NCBI RefSeq assembly: GCF_006345805.1
Contig: NC_043004.1
Coordinates: forward strand, 23,002,001 to 23,066,000
Length of the DNA: 64,000 nucleotides
Origin: Octopus sinensis
Lineage: Eukaryota
Direction of reading: 5' to 3'
A program made the translations under genes and the position numbers. The notes beneath the pieces are model-generated. The model was not told the origin of the DNA. It did no database searches and saw only the letters and a program-made list of their open reading frames with translations. This document shows, piece after piece, positions 1-13,504 of the stretch (the stretch's first letter is position 1; every line of letters starts with the position of its first letter).

Positions 1-233
1 TGTTAGAGCCGTCGAGTTTATTTCAAATATTGTCATTTTGAAAATTATCTCTGGCTAATGATTGAGAGGCCGTTGGTGTTGCCTTGGCGGAGGTTTGCGC
101 TGTTTGAGTGCTCTTGTTTATATGTTTTTGTTGTGAGCGTTTTGTAGTTAGAGCTTTCTTAATTTCAATGCAAGGTTCTAATGTGAGTCATTTCGTTAGA
201 TTTAGTTAAGTAATTTTTAAAGCTAGTGTTAGC

Positions 234-284
<51 letters not shown>

Positions 285-616
285 TTTATAGTGATTTTGC
301 TGCATGCATTACAACAATGGCAACGCGTACCTATCATGCATAACTAAAACATTCAGTATACCTGCAAAACATCTCAATCTTTACGTCACCACCAAATGAG
401 CTTTATCCAGTTCAAGTTTTACTAACTCTGGTGTCTGTTACTCGTTGTCCTTAATCCGTCGCTCAAACATTTTTATCTCTTGGTTTATGCTTCTCTATTC
501 TTACCCAATTCACCGCCTTATAGACATGATCATTAAAATTTCGCTCTTGTATACACGCTACAATTACAAATGATTCACTCACAAGTTGCACGTTCCTTTA
601 CAGTTTGTGTTATATA

Positions 617-752
617 GGCGTGACCGTGAGGTACGAAGCTAGTTTCCCCAACTGCATGGTTCCGAGTTCAGTCCCACTGCGTTGCACATTGGGCGTCTTC
701 TACTAAAGCCTTATGAGTGGATTGTGTAGACGGAATCTGAAAGACATCCGCC
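617..752 (+). mobile_element. tRNA-derived SINE (CORE-like), internally deleted
   Basis: GGCGTGACCGTGAGG head, B-box-like GGTTCCGAGTTCAGTCCC, body CACATTGGGCGTCTTCTACTA and an (AT)n tail. A related minus-strand piece lies at about 24680-24770. Confidence 0.7.
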
Positions 753-1188
753 TTATGTATATATATATATATATATATATAGCTATATCGTTGCTAATGT
801 GTAAAACAGTCGTAAGTCCAAAACGTTGGTTTTTCAGAAAACGAAAAAATATTTTCATCATTCCATTTCTTTTTATTTTAGCATCAGATTCAGCTTAACA
901 ATACTACTTTATTGGGTGCATAAAGTCGTAAGTCTATGAATGTATGATATTTTCAGTCAGAAATATTTTTGGAAAACTGCGGTATGTGAGACTTACTACA
1001 CTTTTGAAAAATGCTAAACTGTTGTTCTACACTTTCTCAATTATCATATCTTGGTATCTGAAGCAGCTGGATATACGATAGCTTGAACAATAAACAGGTT
1101 TTGCAAGCAAGATAAAATATTGAAAAACAGAAACGCATTTGGACATACGAAAGTTTAACATAATAGCAAAGATATATATACATATATA

Positions 1189-1229
<41 letters not shown>

Positions 1230-1426
1230 TATATAGTTTAACATAATAGCGCAGATATATACATATATATATATATACACACACGCATGTATGTGTATGT
1301 TTGTGTATGTGTGTGTGCATTTGTTTCTGTGTGTGTGAGTGTGCGCGCTTGCTGTGTATTTGTGTGTCTTTAAGCCCGTACTTGTCCTTCCGCCACCGCT
1401 TCACAACAGGTATTGGTGTACGTTTT

Positions 1427-1480
1427 TACATTATTTACCTTTAACGAATATTTGTCCTCATCTTGTTTGTATTAATAACA
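1427..1480 (-). mobile_element. Inverted 3' terminal piece of Penelope-like element family A
   Basis: The reverse complement TGTTATTAATACAAACAAGATGAGGACAAATATTCGTTAAAGGTAAATAATGTA matches the tail at 23143-23200. Confidence 0.8.
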
Positions 1481-1487
1481 TACACCA

Positions 1488-1807
1488 AGTATGCATTCAG
1501 GACATCCGTATACCGGAAGCTGACCTTCAATGGAGGATACCTCAACTTCAATTCCCACCATCCATACAGTGTAGAAAGACGGATTGCTCAATGTCTGAAA
1601 TATCGTGCAAAGAATATAAGAATATAAGTAAGAATATAATGTTCAAGCTCAATAAAAATTTATTAAGGAACACCTAGCCTAAAAACATACTATCCACTCC
1701 AATTATGAAGAAAAGAGAGGATGAAGCCAATAAACGGTCCACAGTCTGTCTACCCTATGTGAAAGGTCTCTCCGCAAAGATACGAAAGATATGCGGCCCA
1801 TATGACA
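1488..1807 (+). mobile_element. Penelope-like element family A, RT thumb/linker fragment
   Basis: Translates as VYRKLTFNGGYLNFNSHHPYSVERRIAQCLKYRAKNI and TVCLPYVKGLSAKIRKICGPYD. Homologous to 59505-59835. Confidence 0.9.
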
Positions 1808-1919
1808 ACTTCCTTGTGTTCTGTCTAAGTTGTTTAGTTCGTCTACTGTCATGCGATTACCCTTGCTCCATATCTAAGGATGTTGATAACTTCGATCTTA
1901 TTCCGTCCGTTTAATTTCG

Positions 1920-2500
1920 ACTTAACCGTGGATGCAGTTACCAACAAGGCACAATGACAGGCTTTATGCACGTAATACAGGAGACTTGATCGTAGATAGC
2001 AGGAGTCATTTACGCCGCCAGAAGCCAGCTTCAGTCGTGGCGTGGGCCGCAGTTGCATTTGATATGTCCAAGTCTTTCTTGATCTTTATTGATGCAGGTG
2101 TCAAGGTCAACGGTGAAATTTATGTGGAAATGTTGAATGAGAAAGTGTTGCCCAGGTCATAGAAACCTTTGGTGATCGTTACTTCTTCACACAAGACGAG
2201 ACTCCGGCCCACACATCCAATTTGACACAGACGTGATGAAAAATGCATTTCGGCGGTTTTGGAGACAAAACGGTACGACCTCTCTCAAGACCAGACATCA
2301 TTCCCATGTACTTTGTTATTTAGTCCATCTTAGAGGGTAATGCTTCTGCTCGATCGTATTCAAATATTTCAGATCTGAAGAATGTTCTGTCTTCATTGGG
2401 TCAAATGGTTGAAGAGATACTACGGCGCTCATTGCAACTCAGTGACCACTCGTTTGCAGGCTGTGATCAAGGCGAAAGGTGGTCATTTTTATACGTAATC
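1920..2500 (+). mobile_element. maT (DD37D) Tc1/mariner transposase fragment, pseudogenised
   Basis: KPASVVAWAAV...GVKVNGEIYVEML...FTQD-(37 codons)-Y. The third Asp is mutated GAC>TAC and there are in-frame stops. Confidence 0.85.
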
Positions 2501-3573
2501 ACTATATTAGATTGTTAATTTACATTAAAATGTATGTACCAAAGTTCATTATCCTGTCTTAAATTTATTTTAAACAATTACAAAATATCAATGGGTAAAT
2601 CTTAACGTACAGTAAGGTGATATTTCCAACTACAGTGATTGAAAAGAATGGTTGTACTTGAAATTATTCGTGCAGAGGTTTGAGTCGCTCGACATGTAGG
2701 CAGTGGGACCATAATTACTGAGAAATATATTACCCATATCTCTTAAAAGTCCACCTGGACTATAACTATAAATATATCAAACCACTAGAATGTGAAATAA
2801 GACTCTTTTGTAGTTGATACAGGTTGATTGTAAAGTCTATTTGCCATCACAATGTGGAAGTCCCACAGAAGACGATTTTATTACCTTTTAGCCTCAGGAA
2901 AACATCTGGGGATAAAAAGTAGTAATGTCCTCCTGCCAGATTGTATTGGCAAATTAGACTTTACTGTTTGGTAATGGTACTACATATTTCTCGCTCAGAG
3001 ATTTAAATCTGATTGTAATATCTTCAATAGCAAAATTAAGAAACCTTTCATGTAATTAAAATTAGTAGTCGTGAATTAAATACAAAATCTGAAGATTTCA
3101 GAGAATTATCTGAAAGCCATATTTAAAAAAGAAAACGGTTGCAAACCAACTAGACAGCCAATCTAAATCCGGTTACTTTTAAGTTGCTGTTAAATAAGGA
3201 ATGTTAATGTAATATAAAGCATGACTTAAAATGATAAACTTCTTACATGTCGACTTATATGTCTTCTCAGGATTATCTTTTCATTCGAAATAGCAAATTA
3301 GGTTTCTATCTTTCATCTCTGAAATACAGATGATCGAGTGATGAATAACGAGACGAGAAATCATTGTGGAAATAATTATATAGATATTTTAGAAGAATTA
3401 TATACTATTCCTTGTCTCAATTTTCCCGCTTCTACTACCCAATATTCTTTTTACAATAGTCGAGTATTGACCGTAACTGATGAGTAAGGATAATAGTCGA
3501 CGGACGATGATGCAGTACGGAATAATTTATATAGATGAAATATATCTGTGTTCTGTAAACTTATGTACATCTA

Positions 3574-3611
<38 letters not shown>

Positions 3612-5189
3612 CGTTAACTTATCCCTAACTCCGTTAACTTATCCCTACTTAGAGGTTGATTCACGATCGGGAATACTAGAGGTTCATATCCTGGAGATTT
3701 ACACTCTGTAAGATCAATTCACGCTTCCTAGATATCCAACAGAGAATGGGTACTAGAACCAGATCATTAATAAGGAAAATCTCGCGGACACACATATCGC
3801 TGTATATACTACGGTCATTAGCTTAGAAAATTTCGCCAGCCCAGATCCCTCCCATCAAGTTTTGAGTAAGTTGCACTTCACAAAACGACGCAAATGCATT
3901 TGGCATCGCACTCCCCTCTGCTTCAAAAACTAATTTTTCATTTCCAAGAAAGATGCCCGAAGAAATACTGTGAAATATACCCGGAAACAGATGTTTTCAG
4001 CTAGAGCTATAAACACTCTCTTCGCACTTCGTCGCAAATCTTTTGAAATCTTAGTGAATACAGCGAAAACGATTATGAATGATTGAATGCCTGTAAGCAC
4101 CTAAGTATGAACAGTGTGTGTTGGCAAGAGATATAAACACGTACATATACGCGTTTATATCATCAAAATACGTACACAGCACACACGCAGGCACACACAC
4201 ATACACACAGACGTACGAGCACACACACAATCACACGCACAACACCCACATGCACACAAACATACAAACACACACGCGCGCACACAAACACACACACACA
4301 CACACCCATATGTACTTGTGGGTGGAAGACAGAGTGAAAAAGAAAGGGGAACAGTGAAATATCATGCTGCATGTTTTCGCATTCGCGCGTGCATGTGTGT
4401 ATGTGTGCGTGCGTGCGTTAGAGTATGTGTGCAGACATATATCCTCTCTGCAATTGACCGTTGTTTTAATTATATATTATGAGAAGAATCTATTTCGTTT
4501 ACTTCTTACTTTAGAAATAGAAATAGAACTGGTTAACACGATGGTTCGTAGAATTTCCTAAAGGTAAGCTGCTCTTCATGAGCAAACTGCCAAGTACAAT
4601 AATTTCTATCAATTCAATGAGATTTCATTCAGTAGTATGATAATACTTAATGGAATTAATTATTTTCCTTTAATATTATTATCATGTTCCTTTTTACTGA
4701 AATTTTATTCGTGGATTTCGAAATGTATGTCAGTATTTACATTCTATATGATGATGTATACGCATATGTACATATATGTACACATACGTGCAAGTATGTG
4801 GACTTTTCGATGTATCAATTGAGAGCTAAGACAGAGTAGAGATTAGGAACATTGAAAAATAATCGACAATACACCAAAAGATAAATTTGTATAACCGATT
4901 CTTTTCTGCTCCGAGATATGAACTGAAATGTCATGGACAAGCTTAAAATGAGTCTAATTATCACACAGAATTTAACTTAAAATTTACAATAAATAAAAAT
5001 ATGCATATATTAAATTGCTTAAATACAACTTTTAAACCTAACAAATAAATTTTGTTTGTGTATATATATAATATGTGCGTGCGTGTGTGTGTGTGTATAC
5101 ATGCATATACATATATGTATGTTTACATATATGCATATGTTTACATACATATGTATAAACGCGTGAGTTAATATAGAAATAGATAAATA

Positions 5190-5935
5190 CAAGGTGTTTG
5201 AAAAGTAAATCGCTATTTTCAAATACTTATGATTTTTTTATTAATTATAATTATCTAGAAAAAATGGATATTTGAAGAAAGCATATAGCATGGAGTTTTA
5301 TTCAAAAGTCGATGCAGGTACCTGAATTTGCCACCAGCTTCTCAAGCCGCCCAGGAACCGCATCAAGTGATTTCATCAAGATCTCTTGAGGGATTAAAAA
5401 CATTACTTCTCCTATTTGCCCTTCAAGTTCTTCCAAAGTCGTTGGTTGGTAGAGTAGACTTGCTCCTTTAACCAATCCGACCTAAAAAGTCGCGGGGTAT
5501 TAAATCAAGGCTTCTGGCCCCCCAAGCATGCGGGCCTCGACGACCCATTCATCTCCCAGGCAATCGGGCATTCAGCCATTCATGAACACCAATAGCAAAA
5601 TCTGGAGGAGCGCCATCTTGCATAAAAATCAAGTCTTCAATATTTTCCCAAATTACGATTACTGTCCAGATTTAATTTTGCAGCAAGGTGAGGTACTTTT
5701 TCAGCATTCATGGTATTGCAAAGGATGAAAGGCCTCACAATCCTGTCCGAAGTCATTCCACACACTACCGTTACCTTGGGCCTATTCTGCATTTTCTTCA
5801 GAGGTAATACGAGGATGTTCTGCTGCCCAGTAGTAGCAGTTGTGACGGTTCACAAACCGATGTAAAATACCGCTTCATCACTCCAGAGAATATTTTTAAA
5901 GAGATCAGACCATGTATGTAGGGCGTCTAAATTTC
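5190..5935 (-). mobile_element. rosa/Visitor (DD41D) transposon 3' half, decayed
   Basis: SDEA...FMQD GAPPDFAIGVHEWLNARLPGR*MGRRGPHAWGARSLDLIPR D gives 41 residues between the Asps. TA+CAAGGTGTTTGAAAAG TIR-like end at 5188. Confidence 0.85.
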
Positions 5936-7689
5936 AGACATAATCAATCGGGGGGATGGGGGTGAATACAACATAGAATCAATTCCCATACGTTAAAGAA
6001 CATACACAAATTTGGGAAGAAAATTATAGATGATAAATAAATTATAAGTATTTTAATATGGTGTGTTACTTTTCAATCATACTGTATATGTACACATACA
6101 CACACACATACACACACACTCACACACACATATATATATATATTTACATGTGACTGACTGCCTGTGTGTGTACGTGTGCATGTGTGTAGAGTGCGTGCAT
6201 GTGTGTAGAATCTTAATGTATGTATGTGTGGGGTGTGTGAACACATGTGTGCAGATGTGTGCGTATGTGTGTGTGTTTGTGTTTGTGCGCGCGCATGTGA
6301 GTACATTTGTGTGCGTGTGAGTGAGTGTGTATGTGTTATGAGAGAGTGGATATATATAAACAAAAACTCAAAAGGACACAAATTAATATTCCTAAACGCC
6401 TTGACTGAAAAAAATCTGAGATACCGAAAATACTTCTAGTTAAAACACTATTGTAGCAAGGAGCTACAATATCGATATTTCTCTGTTCGATGTTACGCTA
6501 CATATAAGTCTGCTAATATTATTTGTACTGTATTTTATTATCCTAGGCGCATTGACAGAACCCTGAATATGTATACTTGTATATCGTACACACAGATACT
6601 TAGATATCACATAATCTGCAACAGAAAGTCTATTAGGGCGAACTATAGTGAGGTGCGCAATTATAAATCTCTAACCACAACGCAAGTCTAAAAATAACGC
6701 TCATATCTATAAACACTCTTCAAAAATCCCCCAGTGGGAATGGAATTGTCCAAATACGATATATAATGCTTAGAGAAATAAACAAAATGCAGTTGAAAAG
6801 TAGAATCCGGAGATAAAACGGCAAAATCGTACATAGAGTTAACCTAAAATAATGTTATTTGATATGCACAGTGTACACGTTCGTTTACATTCACAATCAT
6901 GTAAAATATCACGTCCATTTTAAAGTACATATAATAGCTGATAAACAAAGAGAAAAGCAGTCCAATGATACAATATTGTTATAATTTCAAACATATACAA
7001 GGCCACGGTTGCCAAACGTCATCTAATTGCCACTGAAGTAGTGATTATTTTTAATCTAACGGTAGGAAGGGCCATGTACAAGTATATATGTGAGTGTGCA
7101 GACGCACTCATATGGTTTTGCGTGGATGTTTATATTGATATGAGGGTGCGCATTTGTACATGGGCACGCATGCGCACGTCTGCACATATATACACACACA
7201 GACAGACACGCGCGCGCTTGGACGAACACACACGGGCGCACACGCATATATACCCACGCATAGGCACACATACACACACACATATACCCATACACACGAA
7301 CATGCGTTTTCATATGTACATATATATGTTCGCATGCATGTACGCGAACATACTAGTGTGCGCGTGCACATGTGCATTCCCACACGCGCGTGCGCAAATG
7401 TGCAAACGCAAAACAAGCATTGGGAATTGGTAAGTGTTGGAGGTGGGTATGCGTTGGGGGTTGGTAAGCGTTGGGGATTAGTAAATGGCAGTCCTGCTCG
7501 TGAGGTTGGTTGGTAGCGATGACCTTGGTGCAGGCAGTGCAGAGTAGCAGCTGGTGATAATGTGGTATATCCGGGTTCTTGGCAGTGAGAGGCCTGAAAT
7601 TTGCCAGAAGGTGATATATCTGGTGACAGCAATACGCTAAATCGTATTTCTTGCTCACATATACAGCGGTTTGTCGGAAGATATGCAGT

Positions 7690-8232
7690 TTTTGCGGAAA
7701 CAAAACTGGCAGTTGTGGGCCTCGGGTGAATATGGTAGCCTTCTGTCGCCAATAGTCCTCTTGGACTGGGTATTTCATCTGGGACTATCGACAGGAGGAG
7801 GCTCAGCCTTGATCTTAAAACACCTACATGTACTTTGTGCAGGTTCCTCAGGCTCTTTGGGAGAATATTAAAAAGCTATGGGGTCCTAAAACCCAGGCTG
7901 TTGCAGTAACTGTTCCTGAAGTGCGATGGCATTTCTGGGATCTTTGGCACTGTGCAGTGTCGACCTGTTCTGGCATTGGTGTAACCTTCAATACCAAAAT
8001 TTGACACAGTTACTTCCAGATGTATATTACTGCATACCTCTCCCACCTTGGCTCGAGGGAGTAGAGTCTTACCTCTTTCAGCCTTTTTCAGTAGTTGAGC
8101 TGTTGCAAAGAGACGATCTTCTTTGTGAAGCTTCACTGGATTGCTGGTGACAGCAATACACTGTTGGGTGACCATAGCTGGGAGCAGTAATCTAGGCGGC
8201 TGGCGACGAATGTGCTCCAGAGGACCATCATG
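7690..8232 (-). mobile_element. Non-LTR retrotransposon (L2/CR1-like group) ORF2 C-terminal fragment
   Basis: SRLDYCSQLWSP...AIQ*SFTKKI...RLYSLEPRWERYAVIYIWK...NFGIEGYTNARTGRHCTVP...LFNILPKSLRNL...VPDE, with frameshifts. Confidence 0.85.
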
Positions 8233-8249
8233 GTTTCAATACATATATA

Positions 8250-8332
<83 letters not shown>

Positions 8333-9519
8333 ATATATATATGTGTGTGTATATGTGTGTGTGTATGTGTGTGTGTGTGTACATATGTGTGCATGTGTCT
8401 GCATGTTTTATTATTATACTTCAATATGTACCTTCCAGCAACTTGTGATTTCTCTTGTCTATTATATCGCAACAAAGTCTTGATTTCCCATCAGTATTTC
8501 AAACACACACTCACACACACTCACATACACACACGCGCCACCACCACCACTACAACCACCACTATTGTTATCACTACCACCGCCACCATTTAGTCGCACT
8601 ACCACCACCCGGCCCCCAACTATCACTAGCACCACTCATACAACCGTCGACGCTACAACCGAAACCACTACCGAACGCAACCACAAACTATACAAAAATA
8701 GCCAGATAACCGAAGAGATGGTGTTGTAGATTTCCACTTCGGCATCTGAAACTCAGAGTTTTATCTTGACTACCGAGTAATGTAACATATTATTGTATAT
8801 ATATATATATATATATATTATAGAATTCACCGAGATATTATGTTATTCTCATGAAGGAATGGTGTTATCCAATGAAATCCTGATTGGATACCTAATATTT
8901 TGGTGGAAATTGATAACCTTAAAATAATAGGCTTGTATATAAACCATAGTTTACGTTTATGTATATGGAGAAAAGAAAATTGAGATATTGAAGTTAATAA
9001 GAGTTTATTATCAGCAACAAATCGATCAATATCCCTTACAGCTGTTTCAGTTATGCACAAAGAAATCCATTAAATTTTAAAATCATATTTCTGAGCATAA
9101 TCTCCTCAGAGGAAAAAATATATAACCTTAGATATTTTGTGTGCTTGTTTATAGAGTCATCGCCGCAGACTGTTTATGATTTGTATTTGATTGTGTCTGA
9201 GCGAGAGAGTTACAGCTTGTTTGAGAGTAAAATAGAGAATGTAAATAGAATTAGAGTAATAAAGAATGAATGAGTAAATATTATAGGTTCAGTTAAAATG
9301 TAAATAAACTACAATATGAATGAGGTGAAGAAGCAAATTGCATTTGTAAGTTGCATATACTGTTGAGAATGTTTATCTATATAAAATTATACGCATACAG
9401 ACCTACACACGTTCAAACAATAATATATATACATACACGGGGACATTCACCTTTATAGCTTTATTATGTATTTTCACGTGCACACATATTTATCATCATA
9501 TATATATATGTATATGCAT

Positions 9520-9590
<71 letters not shown>

Positions 9591-9637
9591 ATGTATATAT
9601 ATGGATAAAACATATATATATATATATATACGTATAC

Positions 9638-9820
9638 ATATAAACATATATACATACGAATATACACATACCTACACACACGCGTAAATATGTTTACAAA
9701 TCTTAACATTCAAGACCCCTAAGAAGAAAGTGACATGAATCCCTTTTGATTAGTTAAATTCGATTAGTTAGCGGAATTTAAAGTATTTATTCAAACCCTT
9801 TAGCGTTTCTAGGGAAGTTA
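9638..9820 (+). repeat. Local duplicate A (paired with 11462-11633)
   Basis: Shared core GACCCCTAAGAAGAAAGTGACATGAATCCCTTTTGATTAG. About 8 substitutions and 2 indels by eye. Confidence 0.9.
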
Positions 9821-10444
9821 AATAAGCATAACGTTTCATTGAAATTATTATGCCTGAATAATAACTATGTGTCATTTCCGCTTTTAAGTTTGAAAGATAT
9901 GCAAGGGGAGAGAATCGTGCAACATTTTTTTCCCTGTATGAATATATTTATATATTTATATAAATCAGCATAAAGTTGTCAATGTAATACAGATAAAGGT
10001 AATTAAATAAATATTAAATAATAATCAAATACTCTACGTAAATTTGGCTACCGATGCAATCAAAAAGGAAGTAATTAAATACTAATAAAATAACAGTTAG
10101 ACTTATAATGTTGTGCAGTGTGTATGCTCAGAAGTTATTAATTTATTTAAGTTGCTATGAAAAAATGAATTGGAGAATATACGAATAAGCTCATGAGTGT
10201 ATATATTTATATATATATATATATATACCCTCATGTACGTAAACATAAATTTACATGAATAATTGATTAGATAATTAAGTAAATGGTCACATATTGATTT
10301 TGAACAGCATCTATGTATGTACGTACATATACATACATAAATATGCACATATATACATGTGCATACTTATATACACGCATATGCATACATATGCGCATAC
10401 GCGTACATTTACTGGCACACGTACATGTATATACACAGGCATAC

Positions 10445-10487
<43 letters not shown>

Positions 10488-10554
10488 TATATATTTATAT
10501 ATATGAACACCCATACATAGACACACGCATACATAACTGCATATACAGACAAGC

Positions 10555-10585
<31 letters not shown>

Positions 10586-10655
10586 CACATGCATATATAC
10601 ATATATATATAAATCCATACATATATATAGAGAGAGATCTAATAATAATAAACAC

Positions 10656-10824
10656 TTGTTCACATCTACATACATGCTCGATTACCACATAAATATATTC
10701 ACATACATAGATATACCTTCATATGGATCCATACATTCATATACACATATACGCAAATATGTGCACGCATATGTGCACATATGTATCTGTTCTGGTAGCT
10801 TACACAAACTGTGGCTCCAGTGAG
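10656..10824 (+). repeat. Local duplicate B (paired with 12133-12301)
   Basis: 169 bp with 167/169 identity. Confidence 0.95.
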
Positions 10825-11239
10825 TTTAAAAACTAAACCGGGTAATTGACAAGTCCCGAGTCCTCAACAGCAGAGTTTATACTTTTTTTTTTAATTTCCT
10901 GGTAAAACTTTCTCTAGTCTTTCATTTAAATTATTTACAGTAATGTTCGTTGGTGCCAGGATTGCTCTTTCTCACGACCACTTTCAACGTCATACTATAT
11001 TCGTGCAAGAAAGCTATTTGTACTTTCGCTCATTTATTTTGGAACTTAGATATGTCTAAGCATGTCTAACATGTAAGAAAATGGCTCGTAGTTCGCTTAA
11101 GAGGGCAGTTAGAGACTCGGTACCATTTCCATTGTCTTCGGCGTAAAGTTCTACACAAGAATTACCTTTTAGCTTTCATATCGATGCTACAGCCTCTTTT
11201 GCTATGGACAAACAGATAGACAGACACACACACAGCCCC

Positions 11240-11303
<64 letters not shown>

Positions 11304-11461
11304 AAAGTCAGAATGCGATAAAATAAAATTAATTATTAACGCTGGTGTTTCTAGCACAGGCCATATATTATTCATATATAAGTACATTAAAGGCGAAGTA
11401 TGTACTAGATACACAGAAGCTTGATAAATTTAGTGAAATGAAAATAAAAATATATATATAT

Positions 11462-11633
11462 ATATAAACATATATACATACGAATATACACATACGCGTA
11501 AATATGGTTACAAATTTTATCATTCATGACCCCTAAGAAGAAAGTGACATGAATCCCTTTTGATTAGATAAATTCGATTAGTTAGCGAAATTTAAATATT
11601 TATTCAAACCCTTTAGTGTTTCTAGTGAAGTTA
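11462..11633 (+). repeat. Local duplicate A'
   Basis: Homologous to 9638-9820. Confidence 0.9.
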
Positions 11634-12132
11634 TCTTTATATATATTTATATATAAAGATGTGTCTGTCATGTATTTTATGCATCAGTAAGATAAAGCAT
11701 AAAGTATTGCACACAGCTTCCTAGATTCATAACAATGTAAATGTTAATCTAGCCTTTGGGATTGTTTAGAAAATTGATATGGAATATTGAGGAACAAATC
11801 GAGAATAATAATTATCATTGAAATACTTTTTCTCTTATCCCTGCTGTCTTGTGGATTACACATTGGTTGTTTAATTATTTAAACTCAATTTCAGACAGTA
11901 AATGTTCTAGATAAAATGTATTTGTCAACACTGCTCTAAACACCATTTTCTAAACGAAAACATATATTACATTTGTGTATATGGATCTCTGACTGTGTTT
12001 GTATCTGTGTGGATATTCGAGTGTGAGTAAAATGATGTTGCAAAGGATTTGAGAATGACGCAATAGTTTGGGATACTCATATAACTACGTGCATGCGTCT
12101 TTGCGTCACCATTTCTAATGACTTGTTTCAGT

Positions 12133-12301
12133 TTGTTCACATCTACATACATGCTCGATTACCACATAAATATATTCACATACATAGATATACCTGCATA
12201 TGGATCCATACATTCATATACACATATACGCACATATGTGCACGCATATGTGCACATATGTATCTGTTCTGGTAGCTTACACAAACTGTGGCTCCAGTGA
12301 G
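12133..12301 (+). repeat. Local duplicate B'
   Basis: Two mismatches to 10656-10824. Confidence 0.95.
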
Positions 12302-13169
12302 ACCGTGTCCATCCTAGGGCACCGTATTGAAGGATTTTATTTGAGCAAATTGACCCTAGTATATGTTCTATATTTTGAGTCTGTTATAGAGAACTAAGTA
12401 ATTTTATTCCACATGGGTAGAAATATAGGAAAAATAAAAGCTGAAAATGCAGAGAATAGTTAAGCTATTTTATTATTTATATATTTAAAGCTTTAACCGG
12501 GTTCATAGTTTACGCTGATTTTTCGAAAGGTCCAAATAGAAAGGCGTGGCTTGTGTCGCAGCTGCCTTGCTTCTGACAAGTGTTTGAAGCTTGCTCTATT
12601 TTTATAGAGACTTCATGGCTCAAATGAGTATGTTTTGAATTGGATTTGATTGTTACAGGGGAATCTTATGTCTGGTCTTAGATATTTTTGTAGGTTCCCC
12701 TCTACGTTCGTGTGTTAGTATCAAGTGACAATGTTTAACGTCGTAAGTTAAGGCTGATACGTTTGACAGAACATGTCCAAGCAATCAATGCTCTGAATGT
12801 TTTCAGCCAAGTGTTTGTAGAGAATAAACACATGATTAAGATTATAACCTTCTGTACGCTTCCCGCTACGTTCGTGTGTTTGTGTCATATGAAAGTATAT
12901 TTTGGGCATAAAAAGAAGGCCGACATGGTTGAGTGAACATATTTAGTTATAATCAAAGCTCTCCAAAAATAATCTGTCTGGTGGGAGAGTAGACAGGAGT
13001 TGTTTGTATGTAGTCCAGTAGCTAAAGTTTAGCTCATTAGCTGTGGAGCTTTCTGATGATAAGTGGCATAATGAATTTTGTATGTAAATAGTTATTAGTG
13101 TATGTAGCCTGTTAAAGTTTAAGTCTTGGTTTGTACTTTTGTATTCAAGTATTTTCTTTGTTTATCACT

Positions 13170-13490
13170 GCCCCATCTGTGATATTCGCTGAACCTAGGT
13201 AGAGTGGGAAGAAATGTAATTTGGGGTCTTATTTTTTGCACATATATCTATGTGTTCACTCAGTGGAATCTGTCTAGTCCTTGGGTCTCGTATCTGTTGT
13301 CGATGAATGGTCAGCCTATTTCTTAAGTTAAGTTTTGTTTGACCTATGTAATCTTTATTACATCCTTGATATTTGATAGCGTATGTAAAATTCCTCTAAG
13401 AAAATGTAAAGTGATTTTTACGGTAAAAATTTGTTTGGATTTGAATTTGTATGTTGTATCTTCAATAAGGTTGATGCATCATTCTATCAC
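13170..13490 (-). mobile_element. PLE GIY-YIG endonuclease fragment
   Basis: RNFTYAIKYQGCNKDYIGQTKLNLRNRLTIHRQQIRDPRTRQIPLSEHIDICAK. Confidence 0.85.
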
Positions 13491-13504
13491 CTTCCTAACA
13501 TCTT

